Shown in pieces: positions 30,693-35,293 of a DNA stretch of 35,293 bases. Both the position numbers and the translations under genes were made by a program. This DNA comes from Nanobdellota archaeon (GTDB lineage Archaea; Nanobdellota; Nanobdellia; Woesearchaeales; JACPBV01), in the NCBI GenBank assembly GCA_027623355.1, contig JAQBWB010000002.1, positions 1 to 35,293 of the forward strand. Direction: 5' to 3'. Numbering within the stretch: position 1 is the first letter of the stretch; the number at the start of each line of letters is the position of its first letter. The notes beneath the pieces are model-generated. The model saw only the letters and a list, made by a program, of their open reading frames with translations, did no database searches and was not told the origin of the DNA.

Positions 30693-30815
30693 GTATTAAG
30701 CATCGTCAAGTCGAAATCGCTATGAAACGATTACTGGCTCGTCGTGGGGGTTACACCATACGAGTCACAGAGCCTTCAAAGTCTAAAGTAGGATTTCGAA
30801 GGTGATAATACACAC
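30693..30815 (+). mobile_element. MITE-like element, copy D (diverged relative)
   Basis: gtattaagcatcgtcaagtcgaaatc ... ccttcaaagtctaaagtaggatttcgaaggtgataatac is collinear with copies B and C. The ends are eroded (gtatta and taatac). The stems are kept but with different bases. Confidence 0.5.
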
Positions 30816-30825
30816 GAAAAAAGAA

Positions 30826-31812
30826 CTAAGCAAAACGACTAATCTTCAAAAATACAAAGAGTACATATGCAAAAATAAGCAAAACACCCTTCCACATCTC
30901 CCCTCTACCAATCTGACCTTTGTGCCAGATCAATCCTAAAGCAAGCAACGTAACAACGAATAGATAAGGGATATCAAAGCGAAGTAGATCAGGATGAACT
31001 AATATTCCTGTTCCAGAGGCTATTGCTCCTACCCCTAAAGCAAGCATCGGATTCGTGATATTGCTGCCAACGATCGTACCGAGTGAAATACCCTGGGCCT
31101 TCTGCAACGCAGCTCGAACCGAAGTTGATAATTCAGGCAAACCTGTTCCGACACCCACAATCAAAACCCCAATGAAACTCTGGCTCACTCCCCAAAGTCC
31201 TGCCAGCTTAATTGCACTCCCTACAACTAATTCAGTAGAGACAAAAAGAATACCAAAACTAAGAATACAAAGCCCCCCATTCTGTAAATAATGCATAATA
31301 CCTTCTCCTTTAACCTTCGTCGCCTCAATTTCTTTTTTACTTTGCTTCACAAGAGAGCTATCTCGAGTAAGTAATCCTAAATAACCAAGATACAATATTA
31401 TCATCACCATTCCTTCCCAGAACTCAAACACGTTACCGGTAAGACTAAACACATACAATAAGCCGAGTGCAAAAAGAACCATGGGTCCATCACGAGTAAA
31501 TAACGATTTATCTGCATACAACACACCAAGTAATGCAGTAATTCCTAAAATAAAAGTAATCTGAGTAATATCGCTACCCACATTAGTACCCATAGCAATA
31601 CCACTAGCCTCAATTCCTGAACGAATCTTCAATCCAGAGGTAAAGTTAGTCATAATTTCTGGTATAGAAGTCCCAATAGAGATAATAGTCAATCCCACCA
31701 GCGTATCAGAAATATTCAGCAATCGAGCAATACGCTTAGCAGCATCCACCAAGTATCCCGATCCCAGGTACAATCCCACAATCCCCGCCAACATAAAAAA
31801 GAGTAAACTCAT
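30826..31812 (-). CDS. Ca2+/cation antiporter (CaCA family, YrbG/NCX_Mj-like)
   Basis: 328 aa with about 10 TM helices. Both alpha-repeat signatures are present: ISIGTSIPEIMT and GVGTGLPELSTS. Confidence 0.8.
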   Translation of the reverse strand: MSLLFFMLAGIVGLYLGSGYLVDAAKRIARLLNISDTLVGLTIISIGTSIPEIMTNFTSGLKIRSGIEASGIAMGTNVGSDITQITFILGITALLGVLYADKSLFTRDGPMVLFALGLLYVFSLTGNVFEFWEGMVMIILYLGYLGLLTRDSSLVKQSKKEIEATKVKGEGIMHYLQNGGLCILSFGILFVSTELVVGSAIKLAGLWGVSQSFIGVLIVGVGTGLPELSTSVRAALQKAQGISLGTIVGSNITNPMLALGVGAIASGTGILVHPDLLRFDIPYLFVVTLLALGLIWHKGQIGRGEMWKGVLLIFAYVLFVFLKISRFA

Positions 31813-31820
31813 TGTTTCAC

Positions 31821-32438
31821 CTAAATATCATCCATCTTGGGATCAAATCCCTTTTTCCATTCTCGTTCACCATACACATCCGGATCATCAATAAAACCAA
31901 TGCCCTGCAACTGTTCCAATAAATCTGCATCTCCCTTCACCGAGCGTAATGCATACTCCGCAAGCAACACAATTCCAGGATGACTCTCTCCATCAGGTTC
32001 AAATTCAACATGTACATAACCTCGTTTACTCGCTTTACGCAACAAAACAGTACTATTCCCATTCTGTCCTCGCTTGTAAGTAAGGTAGGCAGTATCACTA
32101 ATCTGCGACGCAAAAGCCGAAAAACCCTCAGTGTTCTCAACAGTAGCACTATCAAACCGAGCAACCCCTATTCCACTAACGCCATCCAGCTTCATCGCCT
32201 CATCAAAAACAGCCTTCACGTTCTTATCTTTCACAAATACACTAAGAACTCCAGAATTACTAATTGAAAAAGAAACATCTCGATATTGAGTATTAGCCTT
32301 AACAAGAATCTTCCGCAAAACATCGATATATACCTGTAAACCCTTAACACGCTTACTCTTAGCATTCCGAATCCCAGAATGCACCGCAAAAAGAGCAACC
32401 ATCTCCTTTACAAAGATACGATGCGAACGTTTATCCAT
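31821..32438 (-). CDS. Hypothetical soluble protein, co-oriented 8 nt upstream of the antiporter
   Basis: I start it at ATG 32438 (MDKRSHRIF..), 22 nt downstream of a TATA-like box. The TTG at 32450 is unlikely. No motif recognised. Confidence 0.45.
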   Translation of the reverse strand: MDKRSHRIFVKEMVALFAVHSGIRNAKSKRVKGLQVYIDVLRKILVKANTQYRDVSFSISNSGVLSVFVKDKNVKAVFDEAMKLDGVSGIGVARFDSATVENTEGFSAFASQISDTAYLTYKRGQNGNSTVLLRKASKRGYVHVEFEPDGESHPGIVLLAEYALRSVKGDADLLEQLQGIGFIDDPDVYGEREWKKGFDPKMDDI

Positions 32439-32459
32439 AACCGTACACAAAAAGAGGTT

Positions 32460-32467
32460 TATTTAAA
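32460..32467 (-). promoter_or_regulatory. TATA-like box (atttaaat) for 31821-32438
   Basis: A palindromic A/T box 22 nt upstream of ATG 32438. Confidence 0.4.
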
Positions 32468-32481
32468 TCTTAGCATTATTC

Positions 32482-32700
32482 GTATGTGCATAGCGTCCTA
32501 AGGTCGAAATTCCTTGATGCCTCAGAAGCGCGGGTGCGTTGCGAGGGGTTGTTGCCGAACCAAGTGAGCGCAACTAAGAAAATGTTTCATTTTCCGTTGC
32601 TCCCTACGGGAACGCAGCACCTTCAAGGGATAATCTCAGGAATTTCGAAGATGGTTGCTTTAGCAGCCTACGAACGCTAGTGACTATGCTATGCACATAC
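32482..32700 (+). mobile_element. MITE-like element, copy E (219 bp, longest) with 8-bp target-site duplication
   Basis: It has the same 13-bp terminal inverted repeats. cattattc flanks it at 32474-32481 and 32701-32708. Compared with copy C it carries an extra internal hairpin block and the 35-nt 3' module atggttgctttagcagcctacgaacgctagtgact. Confidence 0.8.
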
Positions 32701-32702
32701 CA

Positions 32703-33278
32703 TTATTCTTCAACAATAATTTCGCCACGCATAGATTCTCTATCAGTAAATATCAAATCAGTATACACAAATGTTCCAGGTTTCTCGAAAGTATGGCTAA
32801 ATTGCTCCCCTCTAAAAAACCGTTCACTCCTAAACTCTTTGTTATAAGAAATAAGCAGATGAAATACCCCTCCAATCTTAAACTGATCATTATTCTTCCA
32901 GATAATAGTATCCCCCACCTTAATCGTAAGTTTTGAAGGCTTTAAGCGCAATGCCTCTATATTAACAATGTACGTCTCGCCAGTCGGTTTGTCTTCAGTA
33001 GCATTAACAACCACTTCATCAGCCTCATTCTCTACCTCAACTACAGTATCTTCTACTACAGTATCTTCTACTACAGTATCTTCTACTACAGTATCTTCTA
33101 CTACAGTATCTTCTACTACAGAATCACTAGAATCCTCAACAACTACTTCATCAACCACATCAGAAACAACACTCTCAGTAGATCCACTCTTAATAGAAAC
33201 ATCAGTAGGATTCTGACAACCCAGAACTACAAAAACTAGAACAATAAGTGCTATGGAAGGACTCCAGCGCATCTTCAT
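32703..33278 (-). CDS. Putative lipoprotein with VEDTV tandem repeats and a cupredoxin-like C-terminal domain lacking Cu ligands
   Basis: The signal peptide ends in the lipobox-like VLGC. An acidic Val/Asp/Glu linker follows. The C-terminus LTIKVGDTIIWKNND...FSHTFEKPGTFVYTD...MRGEIIV follows the cupredoxin pattern, but the Cys and the second His positions are not conserved. Confidence 0.5.
   Translation of the reverse strand: MKMRWSPSIALIVLVFVVLGCQNPTDVSIKSGSTESVVSDVVDEVVVEDSSDSVVEDTVVEDTVVEDTVVEDTVVEDTVVEVENEADEVVVNATEDKPTGETYIVNIEALRLKPSKLTIKVGDTIIWKNNDQFKIGGVFHLLISYNKEFRSERFFRGEQFSHTFEKPGTFVYTDLIFTDRESMRGEIIVEE
33041..33120. repeat. 15-bp tandem repeat x5.3 inside the lipoprotein gene
   Basis: ctacagtatcttcta occurs as five perfect copies at 33041-33115, followed by a partial copy. 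On the minus strand it encodes (VEDTV)5. Confidence 0.95.
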
Positions 33279-33322
33279 ACAATAAAGTAGTACACCTACA
33301 CTTTTAAATCTTACTTAACAAA

Positions 33323-33330
33323 CTATAAAT
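33323..33330 (+). promoter_or_regulatory. TATA box for the XPD gene
   Basis: ctataaat ends 23 nt upstream of ATG 33353. Confidence 0.4.
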
Positions 33331-33352
33331 AACACCACTCATCCCAAAAATC

Positions 33353-35224
33353 ATGGAACATTCTCTATTTCCTTTCGACGAAATAAGGCCGATTCAATCG
33401 GACATGATTAATGATGTCAAAAGCGCAATAGGGGCTAAACAACATCTTATCGCCCATGCCCCAACCGGACTAGGAAAAACAGCAGCATCCCTAGCGCCTG
33501 CACTAGAATACGCAAAAAAGAACGGATTAAGGATTTTTTTTCTAACTTCCCGTCACACTCAACACCATATCGCAATTGAAACGCTAAAAGCAATAAAGAA
33601 CAAGCACGGAACCAAAATCACCTGTGCAGATCTCATAGGGAAGCAATGGATGTGCTCCCAACCGAATGCAGGCGCACTTTATAGCAACGATTTCCAAGAC
33701 TATTGTAAAAAATTACGAGAAGAAAACCAGTGTGAGTTCTACACCAACACCAAAAAACCTGCAGGCATCCCTACACTACAAGCAGAGACTGCCCTACATG
33801 ATTTAGGCATCAAAAGCCCGATGCACGTAGAAGAGGTAATAGAGCACTGCAAAAAGAATAAGTTATGTCCTTACTATACAGCAGAACTGCTTTCAAAAAA
33901 GGCAGATGTCATCATCGCAGATTATTTCTACATGTTTCACCCTCAAATCCGAGATACCTTCATGAATAAAATCGAGGCAGAGCTCGAAAAGTCAATCATT
34001 ATCATCGATGAAGGCCACAATCTCCCAAAAAGGTGTAGAGAATTACTTTCTCACAATCTAACCAATGTAATGATAGATCGAGCAATCAAAGAGGCCCAAA
34101 AATACTTCCTAGAAGAGCCAGAAAAACTCCTCAATCATGTTCGCGATGCACTTCAATCTGCTTCCAAAGTACTTGAAACAAAAGAGGAGGCATTAGTAGA
34201 TAAAGAAGATTTCGAAAAGCCCATCAACGATCAAGCGGACTATCAAATCGTCATCACCAAGCTCCACGATGTGGCAGATGAAATCAGAAAGAAGCAAAAG
34301 AACAGCTACATCGGTTCCATCGCATCTTTCCTAGAGGCCTGGACCGGCCAAGACTACGGATTCACCAGAATCATCCAACAAAAGTCATCCTACGATAAAT
34401 CAATGATACAACTAAGCTACAACTGCATCGATCCCTCCATCGTTACGAAAGAAGTCATCGAACGAGCCCATTCAATTATCTGCATGTCCGGCACCATCAC
34501 ACCTACCGAGATGTATTCAGATATCCTAGGATTCCCTCAAGCACGTGAAAAGCAATATCCCTCCCCCTTCTCTCAAGAAAATAGGTTAGCGATTATAATC
34601 CCCCACACCACAACAAAATACACTAGCAGATCAGAGAAAGAATACGAAAAGATGGGAAAAATAGCGGCAGACATCGCAAATACCGTTCCCGGCAACACAC
34701 TCATCTTCTTCCCAAGCTACGCATTACGAAATAGCGTCTATCCTTATTTCCAGGAGTGGTGCCAAAAAGAAACCATGATCGAGCGCCAAGGTCTATCAAA
34801 AGAAGACAAACAACATATCCTAACCCGCTTCAAAGAACACAAGGCACTTGGAGCTGCATTACTAGCAGTAGCAGCCGGATCGTTCGGAGAGGGAATAGAT
34901 CTTCCAGGAGATTTATTGAAATGCGTCATCGTTGTCGGTATCCCTCTAGAAAAACCATCTCTAGAAGTAAAAGAGGTCATGTCCTACTATCAAGATAAGT
35001 ATGGTCGTGGTTTACAATACGGCTACATCTTTCCAGCAATGATCAAAACCCTACAAAATGCAGGACGTTGCATCAGATCGCAAAGCGATCGTGGCGCAAT
35101 CATCTTCCTAGATGAACGCTACCAACTCCCCATGTACAAAGAGTGCTTCCCAGAAGAGTACAACGTCCAAGTCCTAGGAGATTACAAGAAAAGCCTCCAA
35201 GAATTCTTCGCAAAAAAGCAATAA
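33353..35224 (+). CDS. xpd: XPD/Rad3-family (DinG-like) Fe-S cluster DNA helicase
   Basis: AHAPTGLGKT is the Walker A motif and IIIDEGHNL is the DEAH-box variant. Cysteines are spaced as in the XPD 4Fe-4S domain (WMCSQ, DYCKK, NQCEFY, LCPYY). The C-terminal motifs FGEGIDLPG and GRCIRS are present. Confidence 0.85.
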   Translation: MEHSLFPFDEIRPIQSDMINDVKSAIGAKQHLIAHAPTGLGKTAASLAPALEYAKKNGLRIFFLTSRHTQHHIAIETLKAIKNKHGTKITCADLIGKQWMCSQPNAGALYSNDFQDYCKKLREENQCEFYTNTKKPAGIPTLQAETALHDLGIKSPMHVEEVIEHCKKNKLCPYYTAELLSKKADVIIADYFYMFHPQIRDTFMNKIEAELEKSIIIIDEGHNLPKRCRELLSHNLTNVMIDRAIKEAQKYFLEEPEKLLNHVRDALQSASKVLETKEEALVDKEDFEKPINDQADYQIVITKLHDVADEIRKKQKNSYIGSIASFLEAWTGQDYGFTRIIQQKSSYDKSMIQLSYNCIDPSIVTKEVIERAHSIICMSGTITPTEMYSDILGFPQAREKQYPSPFSQENRLAIIIPHTTTKYTSRSEKEYEKMGKIAADIANTVPGNTLIFFPSYALRNSVYPYFQEWCQKETMIERQGLSKEDKQHILTRFKEHKALGAALLAVAAGSFGEGIDLPGDLLKCVIVVGIPLEKPSLEVKEVMSYYQDKYGRGLQYGYIFPAMIKTLQNAGRCIRSQSDRGAIIFLDERYQLPMYKECFPEEYNVQVLGDYKKSLQEFFAKKQ

Positions 35225-35226
35225 CC

Positions 35227-35293
35227 GTATGTGCATAGCATCCTAAGGTCGAAATTCTTTCACCTTTCACAAGCAGGTGCGTTGCGAGGGGTC
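35227..35293 (+). mobile_element. MITE-like element, copy F (5' part only, cut by window end)
   Basis: 67 nt identical to the first 67 nt of copy C. It begins 2 nt after the XPD stop codon. Confidence 0.65.

Noticed and set aside
1-35293. Window ends as a circular junction (element 5' half at 35227-35293, 3' half at 1-77)
   Set aside because: Joining the end to the start does not rebuild the element. About 25 nt of the core (gacccctccggggacgcagcacctt in copy C) would be missing, and the 3' part at 1-77 is the long A/E type while 35227-35293 matches copy C. These are two separate copies cut by the window boundaries, so they give no evidence of circularity.

Overview
AT-rich, gene-dense window that reads as an archaeal, DPANN-like chromosome segment. 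TATA-like boxes sit about 22-24 nt upstream of operon-first start codons, which suggests leaderless mRNAs. There is a long SRP (7S) RNA, an XPD/Rad3 Fe-S helicase and a 2656-aa surface protein rich in N-glycosylation sequons. Content from start to end: (1) an RHH antitoxin and a RelE/ParE-like toxin whose reading frame has no usable start codon. (2) A ~17-kb surface-glycan island (737-18118). It holds SDR dehydratase/epimerases, GT2 and GT4 transferases, an MBOAT plus SGNH O-acylation pair, and two tandem YfhO-like GT-C membrane proteins around a GtrA-like protein. It also holds a flippase-like protein, a DegT aminotransferase, cupins, and a split ADP-heptose pathway (hldA, hldC, hldD) with no GmhA or GmhB. 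(3) A divergently encoded RHH fused to a degenerate nucleotidyltransferase domain, then an AEC transporter, IlvE and the SRP RNA. (4) An operon of two tandemly duplicated small HTH proteins, translationally coupled to the giant protein. That protein has two TM segments and contains PKD-like repeats, Cys-rich modules and an alpha/beta-hydrolase domain. (5) A CaCA antiporter operon, a lipoprotein with a cupredoxin-like domain that lacks copper ligands, and XPD. Six copies or fragments of a hairpin-rich MITE-like element are scattered through the intergenic regions. It has 13-bp perfect terminal inverted repeats, and two copies have perfect 8-bp target-site duplications. The + strand carries a strong C>G and A>T excess regardless of gene orientation. 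All functional calls come from reading motifs by eye; no database search was possible.
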